Source: an uncultured Desulfobacteraceae bacterium
Lineage (GTDB): Bacteria > Desulfobacterota > DSM-4660 > Desulfatiglandales > B25-G16
Length of the DNA: 64,000 nt
Direction: 5' to 3'
Assembly (NCBI GenBank): GCA_964549945.1
Contig: CAZJXD010000007.1
Span: 33,444-97,443, forward strand
A program made the translations under genes and the position numbers. The notes beneath the pieces are model-generated. The model did not search any database, was not told the origin of the DNA, and saw only the letters and a list, made by a program, of their open reading frames with translations. Below, one piece after another: positions 22,337-33,187 of this stretch (position 1 is its first letter; each line of letters begins with the position of its first letter).

Positions 22337-22983
22337 AGTTTATCCCCAAACAGCAGCTTGGCAACATCGACCCTTATACCCTCCCTCAGGCGGTTCAATT
22401 TTGCCTCGATGGTGTTGTCAACCTCAACCTGCCTTTCCAGGTCCCTCACTATGACGCCTCCGAGACATGGAATTGCCGCCTTCGCAAGGGACAGGGAGAT
22501 ATCCCTTCCCGTCATCTTTTTCACAAAGCTATGGAGTTCCCCTGTCATCTTCTGGTCGAATCTGCCGCTGTCCCGTTTGTTAAAGGCGAGCTCCACCTTG
22601 TCTCCGACCACGATCTCACAGGCACCGGCCACGAGGTTGAATATGATATCCTTGTACACGAGTTTATCCTTCTTCCCCTTTTCAGCCAATTCCTCCAAGA
22701 ACTTGGTGGCGCCCTTAAAAGAGACGGAAATCGCCTCTTCTTGCGCATCCATCTTCTTTCGTCTCACCTCTAGTTTCGTCTCGGCGATTATCCTTTGGCC
22801 TTCGAGGGCGGCAATCCTCTTTCCCCGTGAAAGAACCCTTTGCTCCTCTGCCTCCGCCTTTTGCTGGGCAGCCTCCTTGATGCTCTCGGCCTCTGCCTGG
22901 GCCTTTTGAAGTGTCTCCGATATCTCCCTTTCCGCACCGGCCTCGATGTAGGATATTATCCTGTCAACGCCTTTATCCGACAT
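22333..22983 (-). CDS. atpE: V/A-type ATP synthase subunit E
   Basis: 216-aa charged coiled-coil peripheral stalk protein. Confidence 0.75.
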   Translation of the reverse strand: MSDKGVDRIISYIEAGAEREISETLQKAQAEAESIKEAAQQKAEAEEQRVLSRGKRIAALEGQRIIAETKLEVRRKKMDAQEEAISVSFKGATKFLEELAEKGKKDKLVYKDIIFNLVAGACEIVVGDKVELAFNKRDSGRFDQKMTGELHSFVKKMTGRDISLSLAKAAIPCLGGVIVRDLERQVEVDNTIEAKLNRLREGIRVDVAKLLFGDKL

Positions 22984-23030
22984 ATTTCTCCTCGATTAGG
23001 AAGAACGGACGTTATCGGCAACCACTGGGA

Positions 23031-23516
23031 TCAACCACCCATGATCTTTGTTCCCACAAAGATCAAAATGGCGACAAGCAGTCCGAAAATAGCAAAGGTC
23101 TCCGCCATGACGGCGAGGACCACTGCCTGACCGAAGGTCTCCGCCCTCTTCGCTACGGCGCCCATGCCGCTCGCAGAAATAGCGCCCTGGGCAACGGCCG
23201 TAATACTGCTCAGCCCGATTACAATCCCTCCCCCGAGGGCGGCGTAGCCCATCTCCAGGGGGACCTCCTTTGCCGCACCGCCGAGCACGCCAACCCCGAT
23301 AAGGATCAACACGGCCCCCAGGAATCCATAGATCCCCTGGGTCTGGGGGAGGGCTTGGAGCACCAGCACGGGCCCGAACTTCTTTGGGTCCTCCGATATC
23401 ACGCCGGCCCCCGCAACACCAGCCAGCCCAACTCCAACCCCTGCGCTAATAGCAGCCACGCCCATAGAAATCGCTGCCCCTATGATTGCCAACACTGCTC
23501 CCATAGACAGTTCCAT
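23031..23516 (-). CDS. atpK: V/A-type ATP synthase proteolipid subunit K
   Basis: 161 aa, 4 TM, Gly/Ala-rich c-ring proteolipid with a conserved carboxylate. Confidence 0.85.
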   Translation of the reverse strand: MELSMGAVLAIIGAAISMGVAAISAGVGVGLAGVAGAGVISEDPKKFGPVLVLQALPQTQGIYGFLGAVLILIGVGVLGGAAKEVPLEMGYAALGGGIVIGLSSITAVAQGAISASGMGAVAKRAETFGQAVVLAVMAETFAIFGLLVAILIFVGTKIMGG

Positions 23517-23532
23517 AGAAAATACCTCCTTG

Positions 23533-25479
23533 TTATTTGATCTTCGCTACCTCATAGTTCATCTTAAGGGGGGTGAACTCCGACCCCCCGCTCCGATAAA
23601 ATTTAGTGAAGAACTCCACATAGTGTAATCGAAGCCCATGGACAAAGCCTCCCATGGCGTTAATCACGAAGTTGAACAGGTGGCCGATGAAAAAGACGGG
23701 AATTGCGACCAGCACCCCGATCGTACCCAGCATGTAGAGCATGCCGGCAAGCACATTGACGGTCATGGCAATCCCCGTGGTACATAATCCCAAGGCCATG
23801 AGCCTCGCATAGGAAAGGATATCGCCCATGAACCCCGTTATCTGAAACATGGCCATTGCCTTGTGTCCCATCAAGAGCAATGCGAGGGAGAACGCAATGA
23901 AGGCGAGGCCCGCTGACTTGTAGCCAAGAAGGTAGAACACAATTCCCGGCTGTGCGAATAAAAACCAGAGATTGCCGGTAAGCGCGCTCCACGGCTGTCC
24001 CCTCTTGAGGTTGTCCACTACGTTTATCACCACTCCCGTGTTCACGTGAGCTGCACCAACGGCGAGGGCTATGATGAGAAAGGCCGTCACTTGGGCCATG
24101 GGATCGAATACCTGCATCGCCTCCAGAATAGGCAGCTTTAGCCCAAAACTGCCGAACCACCCTCCTGAGAGGGCCCCAATGATAATCGTGGCGCCCCCGG
24201 CCGCAAAAAGTATGATTCCCCCATCTCGTATCGTCTGATTGTATCTTCCTCCCCCTCGTATTAACAGGAGGCCCAGGGCAAGGGCAATTACCCCATACAG
24301 GGCGTCGGTGAGCATGATCGAGAAAAACAACAGGAACCCGGGAACGAGAAATATAGTTGGATCAACCCCGTTATAGTCCGGCAGACCGTAGAGCCGCGTC
24401 AAGAGCTCAAAGCTCCTGAAGAACTTCGGGTTTCGCAGCTGTACCGGCACATCATCGCCCTGCTCGGGATCGGATGCCTCTACTACACAAGCTTCATGGG
24501 TGACCTCCCGTATCTCCTGGTCGGCTTGTGCGTAACGCCCTTCCGGAATCCATCCCTCAATGACCACCACGTGCTCCATGGAGGCGAATTTGTTCTGGCT
24601 CTCTTCCCTCTGCCTCTCGGCCGAGAGGAACTCCTGGTACTTTTGGAGCTCATCCCTCCATCTTCCCGCAATACCCACGATCACTGCCTCATGCCTTGAT
24701 TTCTCATCGGCTAAGGCCTTCAACCGATTATCAACGGACTCCATCGCCTCCCGTGGCCTTCCGCGCTGGCCCTCCAGCTCAACTCTCTCCCAATTCAAGC
24801 GCCGGAGGTTCGCCAACACCAGCGAAGACTGTTCTTTGAGGCAGATTACGAGCGTTATCCCTCTGTTATCGGGCAGTTCCGATATCCCGAGGTAGAAGTT
24901 GCCATCGGTCACCTCTTCAAGCCGCTCCCTTATGCTATCGATCTCCTCCCTTGACGCTATCCCCAGCAAGACGGAGAGGAATTCGGACTCTCCGATATCA
25001 CCCAGATCTACCTCTAAGGGCAACACGAGCTCCAATAACCCCCGTGCCCTCTCCAGATCAACAATCTCCTCCTCGATTCTCTCCAACTCCCTCACCGCTC
25101 CCTCAGCCTCTCGTTCGATCTTCTCTATGCTCCCGTCAACCACCTCAATAAGTTCGCTGCCGTAGATCTCCCTTGTCTCGAGCCTCTTCGGCGGCAAGGG
25201 GGCGAAGATCCCCTTGATAAAGCCCTGTTTCGGCTCTGGATCATAGCGTTCGAAAAGATCCAAAAGCCGATTCACTGCAATATTCTGAGCAGCTATCTTC
25301 CGTATAGTGGGGGAAAGGGGGTGAGGCCTCAAGAGATCGCCTAACGCAGGGTCAGCAACCTTTTCAGAATAATCGGTCAGATGGACCGTGCCGAGCTCCT
25401 GTAATCTCTTGACTACCTCATATCGGTAGTCCTCTAAGGCGAGGATCTGTATCTTTTTCATCCTGATTGGTCTCAGCAT
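23533..25479 (-). CDS. atpI: V/A-type ATP synthase subunit I (a-subunit)
   Basis: 648 aa, with a soluble N-terminal half and a polytopic C-terminal half. Confidence 0.85.
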   Translation of the reverse strand: MLRPIRMKKIQILALEDYRYEVVKRLQELGTVHLTDYSEKVADPALGDLLRPHPLSPTIRKIAAQNIAVNRLLDLFERYDPEPKQGFIKGIFAPLPPKRLETREIYGSELIEVVDGSIEKIEREAEGAVRELERIEEEIVDLERARGLLELVLPLEVDLGDIGESEFLSVLLGIASREEIDSIRERLEEVTDGNFYLGISELPDNRGITLVICLKEQSSLVLANLRRLNWERVELEGQRGRPREAMESVDNRLKALADEKSRHEAVIVGIAGRWRDELQKYQEFLSAERQREESQNKFASMEHVVVIEGWIPEGRYAQADQEIREVTHEACVVEASDPEQGDDVPVQLRNPKFFRSFELLTRLYGLPDYNGVDPTIFLVPGFLLFFSIMLTDALYGVIALALGLLLIRGGGRYNQTIRDGGIILFAAGGATIIIGALSGGWFGSFGLKLPILEAMQVFDPMAQVTAFLIIALAVGAAHVNTGVVINVVDNLKRGQPWSALTGNLWFLFAQPGIVFYLLGYKSAGLAFIAFSLALLLMGHKAMAMFQITGFMGDILSYARLMALGLCTTGIAMTVNVLAGMLYMLGTIGVLVAIPVFFIGHLFNFVINAMGGFVHGLRLHYVEFFTKFYRSGGSEFTPLKMNYEVAKIK

Positions 25480-25483
25480 GATA

Positions 25484-25795
25484 TCAGCCTAACAGCGTTC
25501 GCAATATGAATTCCCTTGCCTTTCCCAAATTCCTTTGGGCATCTTTTCTGAGTTTCTCGATGTCCTTGTTCCATTCCTCGGTAATATTCCGGCACTCCTC
25601 TCGCGCGTCCTTCTCAGCAAACTCCCTCATCTTCTCCGCTTGATCTTGGGCGTTGCCAATCCTCTCCGCAATGAGCTTTTCCGCCTCGGCCTTGGCATTC
25701 TCCACCACGCTACCCGCCTCTTCCCTGGCATTCTCCGACCTCTTCCTCGCCTCGTTCTCCGCATTCTTTATCTTGTGCAGGGATTCTACGATCAT
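25484..25795 (-). CDS. V/A-type ATP synthase subunit G/H (stator stalk)
   Basis: 103-aa charged coiled-coil. First gene of the operon. Confidence 0.5.
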   Translation of the reverse strand: MIVESLHKIKNAENEARKRSENAREEAGSVVENAKAEAEKLIAERIGNAQDQAEKMREFAEKDAREECRNITEEWNKDIEKLRKDAQRNLGKAREFILRTLLG

Positions 25796-25837
25796 CCTAA
25801 ACCTCTCTTGCTGGTATGGTCTTTTTTTAGGGGAATA

Positions 25838-26260
25838 CTACTTTAAGATGGAAAGGCTTTCAGTCTTTTTAGAAGGCAGGGTAATATCGTATTTTATCTC
25901 TTCCTCTAAGGCCTGCATCATGCAATTTCCCTCAAAGATGACCCCTTCCTCAATGACCAATTTCGGGGTCTGGATATTGCCAAAAAGCTTACCGGGAACA
26001 TTGATCTCTATCTTGTTTTCCGCAACGATATCGCCGCGAACCTCTCCGCTTATTATCATGTCACCAACGCGAACCCTGGACTTGATCACCGCGCTCTCGC
26101 CAACGATCAGGGTCCCGCTGGAAAAAATCTCCCCTGAGAACTTCCCGTCTATCCTCACGGCGCCGGTGAAGGAAAACTTGCCCTCGAATTCCGTATCCTT
26201 CCCTAAAAATGCGTTTATCTCATCCTTGGATTTCCTCATGGATTGCTCTCCACTTTGCAT
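25838..26260 (-). CDS. Bactofilin (DUF583 beta-helical cytoskeletal protein)
   Basis: Repetitive beta-strand pattern (G.V.G.I.G) typical of bactofilins. 140 aa. Confidence 0.8.
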   Translation of the reverse strand: MQSGEQSMRKSKDEINAFLGKDTEFEGKFSFTGAVRIDGKFSGEIFSSGTLIVGESAVIKSRVRVGDMIISGEVRGDIVAENKIEINVPGKLFGNIQTPKLVIEEGVIFEGNCMMQALEEEIKYDITLPSKKTESLSILK

Positions 26261-26517
26261 TTTTTTCTGCGGCTACATACCATAGTCTCATCGTCGATTG
26301 CAAGAAAAATTGTCCGGACTTTCAATCAACGGGCATTCGCTATCCAGGAGAGAGGGGGGATCGATTTGGTCGGAAAGGCCGCTTTTTTTAGTTGGTCTGC
26401 TCCACCTGATGCGTACAGGGAAGGTTTAACAGCGGGTCATTGGTTGGACCTCCCGCTTTCACGAGCGAAGGTGTTCTAAGTTCCCGCGAGAGGGATCGAT
26501 TATGTGGCCGTAGTCCA

Positions 26518-27624
26518 TCATTTCTGAAACATAAACCTCCTCATGCTCACATTCATTGCCAGGCCCATGGCGGCCAATGCGGAAACCACGGATGATCCCC
26601 CGTAGCTAAACAGCACCAATGGGATCCCTACCACGGGAAGCAGGCCCGTCACCATGCACACATTGATTACAAGGTGCCAGAAGATCAATGCGACCACGCC
26701 TACCACCAAAAGGGTGCCAAATCTGTCCTTGCTGTTCCTGGCTATATTAAGACACCATAGTATCAAGAACAGGTAGAGCGTCAATAGCGCTGCCGAACCT
26801 ATGAAACCCCACTCCTCCGCCAAAACGGAAAACAAAAAGTCGGTATGTTGCTGGGGCAGAAAATTTAGGCTCGTCTGGGTCCCCTTGAGATACCCCTTCC
26901 CCCAGAACAGGCCCGAGCCAATGGCAATCTTAGACTGTGTCACGTGATAGGCGGAGCCAAGGGGGTCCGTCTCGGGTCTTAAAAACGCGATGATCCGCTT
27001 TTTCTGGTAACCCTGAAGGCTCAGCCAGAAAAAGGGGGCTGAAATACAGGCGATGGAAAAAAAGATGAGCATTGATCTCCGGTTCACATGGACGAAGAGG
27101 ATAATCGAGAAAGAGACGATTACCAACACCAGGGCAGTGCCCAGGTCTGGTTGGGAGACGATCATCACAAACGGTAAGGCGATCATCGCTAAGGGTTTCC
27201 ATATATCCCTCATCCTATAGTTTCCCGTCTTTGGTGAGGTGGAAAAATACTTCGCGAGCACCAGGACAACGGAGACCTTCACCATCTCCGAGGGCTGCAC
27301 CGAAAAGAATCCCAGGTGTAGCCAACGTTGGGAGCCATGTGTTACCTTGCCTATATAGAAAACGGCCACCAGAAGTATCATGCATAGAATAAACAGGGGA
27401 TACGCGAGCCTGTCGAGTATGTGATAATCGAAGGTCGTCATGAGCAGCAGTACCAGGAAGCCAATCCCGTACCAACAAATCTGCTTCACGTAGATCCCGC
27501 TTCCCCCGATGGATCTGATTGAGTACGTGGCGCTGTAAAGGTTAACCACGCTCAGCAACCCAATCATCATCAAGATGGCCAAGAGAATCCAGTCGAAGTT
27601 ATCCAACAATCGTCGATCAAACAT
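26518..27624 (-). CDS. rodA: Peptidoglycan glycosyltransferase RodA (SEDS family)
   Basis: FtsW/RodA/SpoVE family, 368 aa. Downstream of mrdA. Confidence 0.85.
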   Translation of the reverse strand: MFDRRLLDNFDWILLAILMMIGLLSVVNLYSATYSIRSIGGSGIYVKQICWYGIGFLVLLLMTTFDYHILDRLAYPLFILCMILLVAVFYIGKVTHGSQRWLHLGFFSVQPSEMVKVSVVLVLAKYFSTSPKTGNYRMRDIWKPLAMIALPFVMIVSQPDLGTALVLVIVSFSIILFVHVNRRSMLIFFSIACISAPFFWLSLQGYQKKRIIAFLRPETDPLGSAYHVTQSKIAIGSGLFWGKGYLKGTQTSLNFLPQQHTDFLFSVLAEEWGFIGSAALLTLYLFLILWCLNIARNSKDRFGTLLVVGVVALIFWHLVINVCMVTGLLPVVGIPLVLFSYGGSSVVSALAAMGLAMNVSMRRFMFQK

Positions 27625-27650
27625 GTAGCCTTATCGCTCCATTGCCCTCA

Positions 27651-29492
27651 TTAGGTCCTTGAATTGAAATAGCCCTCGAGTATCATCTTCGCGATAGGGG
27701 CTGCCGTCGCCCCTCCCGTGCCTCCGTGTTCTATTACTATGCTCAGCGCGATCACCGGGCTCTCCGCAGGTGCAACCGCCACGAACCACGAATGGTCACG
27801 GAATTTATAGGGAACCTCCTCTTCTTCGATGACCTCTCCCTCTTCGGGCAGGGCTATCACCTGGGAAGTGCCCGTTTTGCCGGCGACCTGTAGGGCATCA
27901 GGCCTCGCCCTTCTTCCCGTTCCCGTTGGCTCGTTGACCACCCCGAGCAGGGCCCTTCTGATCAATTCCATGTTCTCCTTTCTAAGGTTCCAGCGCCCCA
28001 AGGTATCGGGCTTAAACCGAAAGACCGCGTTCCCGTCCTCCTTGCCTACCAATTTCGTTACCTGGGGCCTATAGAGGATTCCCCCGTTAAACAGGGCCGA
28101 GATAAATCGCGTCATTTGGATCGGCGTAATAAGGGTAAAGCTCTGCCCAACGGCCACAGACAGGGTTTCCCCTTCCTGCCATGGAACATGCCAATGCGTG
28201 AGCTTCCAATCCCTGTCCGGGACGAGCCCCGATTTCTCGTCTCCCAATCGAAGGCCTGTTCTCGAGCCAAAGCCGAGTAACCTGGCGTATCTCGCGATGG
28301 TATCTATGCCTATCCTTTGACCCATTTTGTAAAAGTACACATCACACGACTCAACTAACGCCCTGTGGAGATCTACCGCACCGTGGCCTCCCTCCTTCCA
28401 ATCGCGATATAGCCTGCCCTGAAAGTAGTAGTTTCCTGTGCAGATTACCTTCTCTTGGGGATCGATTATTCCCTCCTCCAGCCCTGCGAGGGCCACCACT
28501 ATCTTGAAAAGCGAGCCCGGCGGATACTGTCCCGTTGTCGCCCTGTTTTGCAGTGGAAAACGGAGGTTGGAAACGAGGCTTTCCCACCCTTTCCTGTCCA
28601 TCCCCATTGCGAAGTCATTTGGATCAAATGTGGGGCTGCTCGCCATTGCCAATATTTCCCCATTCATGGGATTCATGGCGACGATCGCGCCTGCTTTATC
28701 CTCAAGGGCCTTCTCGGCCAACATCTGAATATTCTTGTCTATGGTCAACGTGACATTCAAACCCGGCTCCGCATCCCTCTGGTAGAGCACCCGCAGCCTC
28801 CTGCCATAAGCATCTACCTCGACCTGTTGCCCTCCCCTGACGCCATTCAGCTGCTTCTGCCACTTTCTCTCGATGCCGAATTTTCCCACAAAGTCCCCGA
28901 GCCTATTCTGTGCGTACTCTCCGCTGTTCAGCTGTTCCCTATCAATTTCTCCCAGATAGCCAATGAGGTGAGAGGCAAAGGGGCCATAGAGGTAATGCCT
29001 CCTCGCCTTCACATCTATCACCACACCGGGCAAGCTGAACGCATTCGTCTCCACGCTGGCCAACTCATCGCGGGTGAGGCCCCTCTTTATGTAGATGGGA
29101 TTAAAGGGATTAAGCTTCTGGGCCCTTCTTATCCTCTTACTTGCTGAGCCATCGTCTATCTCAACCAATCCCCGTAGCCCGGTCAACAGGCCATCCAAAT
29201 CCCCTATGTCCTCGGGAATAGCCCCCAGTATGAACAGAGGTCGATTATCGACCAATAGCTCGCCATTCCTGTCGTAGATTAACCCCCGAAAGGGCAATAC
29301 ATCGCGAAGGTCTATCCTGTTGTTCTCCGATTGTGTCCTGAATTTTGCGCCGTGAATGATCTGCATAAACCACAATCGCACGAATAACACACCGAAGACA
29401 ATAAGGATAAAGAAGGTAAGCTTGGTGAGTCGCCTTTGAAATATATCGGTCTCTACAGGGTCAAAGCCAGAACGCCCTACCATGATTATCAC
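27651..29492 (-). CDS. mrdA: Penicillin-binding protein 2 (elongasome transpeptidase)
   Basis: N-terminal TM, PBP dimerisation domain and transpeptidase motifs (SxxK, SxN, KTG). 613 aa. Confidence 0.9.
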   Translation of the reverse strand: MIIMVGRSGFDPVETDIFQRRLTKLTFFILIVFGVLFVRLWFMQIIHGAKFRTQSENNRIDLRDVLPFRGLIYDRNGELLVDNRPLFILGAIPEDIGDLDGLLTGLRGLVEIDDGSASKRIRRAQKLNPFNPIYIKRGLTRDELASVETNAFSLPGVVIDVKARRHYLYGPFASHLIGYLGEIDREQLNSGEYAQNRLGDFVGKFGIERKWQKQLNGVRGGQQVEVDAYGRRLRVLYQRDAEPGLNVTLTIDKNIQMLAEKALEDKAGAIVAMNPMNGEILAMASSPTFDPNDFAMGMDRKGWESLVSNLRFPLQNRATTGQYPPGSLFKIVVALAGLEEGIIDPQEKVICTGNYYFQGRLYRDWKEGGHGAVDLHRALVESCDVYFYKMGQRIGIDTIARYARLLGFGSRTGLRLGDEKSGLVPDRDWKLTHWHVPWQEGETLSVAVGQSFTLITPIQMTRFISALFNGGILYRPQVTKLVGKEDGNAVFRFKPDTLGRWNLRKENMELIRRALLGVVNEPTGTGRRARPDALQVAGKTGTSQVIALPEEGEVIEEEEVPYKFRDHSWFVAVAPAESPVIALSIVIEHGGTGGATAAPIAKMILEGYFNSRT

Positions 29493-29501
29493 CCGAGATC
29501 G

Positions 29502-30065
29502 CTATAGGGGAGCCTGAGGCTTCTCCTGGGCATAGCCTAGGCCCTCCGGTCCCCCTATTATATCCAGGAAATAGAACAAGGGCGGAGCAAGGAGGCTCGT
29601 TATTAAGGCGGATAACAGCATGAAAACGAAGGGCATTGACGGCATAAATTGCCCAGCCGAAAAGAGCCTCAATATAACCAGGAGAAAGGCCCACTTGGCA
29701 AAAAGGAAAATGGCTACAAATAGCGTTGATGTCTTTATGTTGTTGAAATCCAAAAATTGGCGGCAACGGAACATCCCAAAGATGATAGCTGAATACACAA
29801 AGGCAAACAATCCAAGCTGACTTGGAGCCAGCACATCGGTTAAGATCCCCATACAAAAGGCGAGGCATCCCGCTCTCAACTCCTGATTCTTGCCGAGGAT
29901 ATAGATGAGAACGATTGGGATGAGATCGATATCCAGCCACTCAATCCCCAAGAGGTGGCCGATGCTTCCCCGTAGGAGAACAAAAATGCCGCTCATTACA
30001 CAGATGAGGGAAAACAAAACCCCCCCGCCCTCTCTCAAGTTTTCTATAAAATTTCCAGTCCCCAT
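29502..30065 (-). CDS. mreD: Rod shape-determining protein MreD
   Basis: 187-aa polytopic membrane protein between mreC and mrdA. Confidence 0.7.
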   Translation of the reverse strand: MGTGNFIENLREGGGVLFSLICVMSGIFVLLRGSIGHLLGIEWLDIDLIPIVLIYILGKNQELRAGCLAFCMGILTDVLAPSQLGLFAFVYSAIIFGMFRCRQFLDFNNIKTSTLFVAIFLFAKWAFLLVILRLFSAGQFMPSMPFVFMLLSALITSLLAPPLFYFLDIIGGPEGLGYAQEKPQAPL

Positions 30066-30074
30066 TTCCCTGCC

Positions 30075-30941
30075 TTACCGCGCTGAGTTCGTCATCCCTT
30101 GGGCTTTGCCCTTTCGAAGGGGAAGGAAGTTCCGCGTCAGGATTATGAGAACCTCCTCTAATTTGTTGAAATCCACAGCGGGAATGACCCGCACATCCTT
30201 GAAAAGCTTATAGGGGGAGTCGTCAACCCGCTTGACCCGGCCCAGATGAAGGCCCTTTGGGAATACGCCTCCCAGGCCTGAGGTCACAATAGCATCGCCC
30301 GGCCTTATCTCACATGTCTTTATTACGTAATCGAAATAGCACTCGCCCGATCCACTTCCCTTTAGCATACCTCTTCCCCTTGAGCTCTGGACTAATCCGT
30401 CAATAGCGGAGTTTTGATCCGTAACCAACAAGACCTGGGAATAATGGGGCGAGACCGAAACCACCCTTCCGACAACCCCCTCGGAGTTCACCACTGCCAT
30501 GTTGATCGCAACGCCCTCATGGGCACCCTTATCGATAATAATGGATTTAAACATGCCGCTGGAGTCCCATCCCGTCACCATTGCCGGCAGGAGCGGGTCA
30601 TCGGCGTTGTCTTGAAATTTGAGGAGGTCTTGCAGGCGCTTGTTGGTTAACAATACCTCTCGATACCTGCTGTTTTCGAGCTCGAGCAGCTCGATCTGCG
30701 CCTTGAGTTGAAGGTTCCCCTGACGAGCCTCCACCAGGAAGAAATAGTTGCTCCAGATATCCCTTATGAAGCGTACTGTGCCGATGAAGAGCTTTTGAAT
30801 GGGAGCGGTTACTTCAATAGCGAGCCTTTCGGCTGGATTCCACTCTTGCCCCTTGCCGATGCTGAGGGACAGCAAGATCACGGATATCACCAAAAAGATA
30901 TAGGCAACCCATTTCGGCTTATGCTCTAAAAAGATGGTCAA
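30075..30941 (-). CDS. mreC: Rod shape-determining protein MreC
   Basis: N-terminal TM, coiled coil, beta-rich periplasmic domain. Confidence 0.85.
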   Translation of the reverse strand: MTIFLEHKPKWVAYIFLVISVILLSLSIGKGQEWNPAERLAIEVTAPIQKLFIGTVRFIRDIWSNYFFLVEARQGNLQLKAQIELLELENSRYREVLLTNKRLQDLLKFQDNADDPLLPAMVTGWDSSGMFKSIIIDKGAHEGVAINMAVVNSEGVVGRVVSVSPHYSQVLLVTDQNSAIDGLVQSSRGRGMLKGSGSGECYFDYVIKTCEIRPGDAIVTSGLGGVFPKGLHLGRVKRVDDSPYKLFKDVRVIPAVDFNKLEEVLIILTRNFLPLRKGKAQGMTNSAR

Positions 30942-30965
30942 TTGCCGCTAGCCTGAACTCCTTTA

Positions 30966-32012
<1,047 letters not shown>

Positions 32013-32203
32013 TCAAAATCTCATACCTTGATTAGCTTAAATAATTTTAAGAGATTTATCAATAAAAATAGCGCCTACCTCAATAAAGGAGCGGCAGTAT
32101 GCTCGCCATAGGATTCAATCCAAGGCCCTCTTTTGTCTTGACAACGTATAAGAGCTATGATTAGTAAGATGAGTTATTTCTGGCGGAAGGGAAGTATTTC
32201 TCT

Positions 32204-32338
32204 ATGAAGCAAACGTTTCAACCAAGCAATATAAAGCGGTCCCGTGTCCATGGCTTTCGTGCGAGGATGAGCAGCAAGGGCGGAAGAAGGGTTCTCAAAA
32301 GAAGGAGGGCTAAGGGCCGGAAAAGGCTTGCTGTGTAA
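32204..32338 (+). CDS. rpmH: 50S ribosomal protein L34
   Basis: Hand-translated 44-aa ORF: [44 protein letters not shown]. Too short for the ORF track. Directly upstream of rnpA. Confidence 0.9.
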   Translation: MKQTFQPSNIKRSRVHGFRARMSSKGGRRVLKRRRAKGRKRLAV

Positions 32339-32408
32339 CACGCCGTATGGTTCGGTCTTATACAGGGGTTACGGATCTCGCCCATTCTCTATACGGTGAT
32401 GCCTTGAG

Positions 32409-32762
32409 ATGAGATCATTTTCGCTTACGAAAAGGGAGCGGATTCTCAAGAGGGCCGATTTCACCGACATTAATCTTCACGGCAAGAGGTTTCGCACAGA
32501 AAATTTCACCATTGTTGCACAACCAAACGGCAGGGATGTGACGAGACTGGGTGTAACGGTCAGCAAGAGGGTGGGAAATTCCGCAAAGAGAAACCGCGTG
32601 AAACGATTGATTAGGGAATTCTTCCGGCTACACAAGCACGAAATGCCGAAAGGATACGATGTGGTAATCGTCCCCATGCATGAAATCGAAGCGCCGAGCC
32701 TTTCTAAGATATATGAGGAGTTGGGTAACGCATTAATAAAAAATGGCGAATTCCTTTCTTAA
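32409..32762 (+). CDS. rnpA: Ribonuclease P protein component
   Basis: 117-aa basic protein with the RnpA motif (KRLGVTVSKRVGNSAKRNRVKR). Confidence 0.9.
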   Translation: MRSFSLTKRERILKRADFTDINLHGKRFRTENFTIVAQPNGRDVTRLGVTVSKRVGNSAKRNRVKRLIREFFRLHKHEMPKGYDVVIVPMHEIEAPSLSKIYEELGNALIKNGEFLS

Positions 32763-32973
32763 ACCGAGCACGTGGATAATAGCGTTAATCAGGTGTTATC
32801 AAATAGCACTATCGTCTTTTTTGCCGGCCTCGTGTCGATTTATGCCCACATGTTCTACTTATGCCTCCCTTGCCATTAAGAAATACGGGGTCATTAAAGG
32901 AGGGTTCCTCGCGGCAACAAGGATACTTAAATGCCACCCCTTTCATCCAGGCGGGTATGATCCCCTCAGGTGA
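32743..32973 (+). CDS. yidD: Membrane protein insertion efficiency factor YidD
   Basis: 76 aa with conserved LIRCYQ...S.F....CRF.PTCS.Y. Confidence 0.85.
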   Translation: MANSFLKPSTWIIALIRCYQIALSSFLPASCRFMPTCSTYASLAIKKYGVIKGGFLAATRILKCHPFHPGGYDPLR

Positions 32974-33187
32974 GCCCAGCGAGAGTCTTATGCGTGTATT
33001 ATCCCCGCGGTGAAAGAAGAGAGCCCGAGCAGACAGCGAATGGGCGAACAGATGGGCAATTCCTACAGGGCACGCACACCTTTCTTTTTACCGGCGCATT
33101 TCGCATATATGGTGGCCTCTTTTACTCGCTCACCGGGCATCATACGTTGCTAATTGTGGTGCAAGTGATTATGATTTAATCTGATTA

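Noticed and set aside
23660-24160. 166-aa minus-strand ORF in an alternative frame within the V-ATPase I gene
   Set aside because: Out-of-frame overlap with the conserved a-subunit. Arg/Gly-rich junk composition.
28455-29147. 230-aa plus-strand ORF
   Set aside because: Antisense to mrdA (PBP2), which has canonical transpeptidase motifs.
29461-29940. 159-aa minus-strand ORF overlapping mreD in another frame
   Set aside because: The mreD frame (29502..30065) gives a coherent polytopic membrane protein in the conserved mreBCD position. The alternative frame does not.
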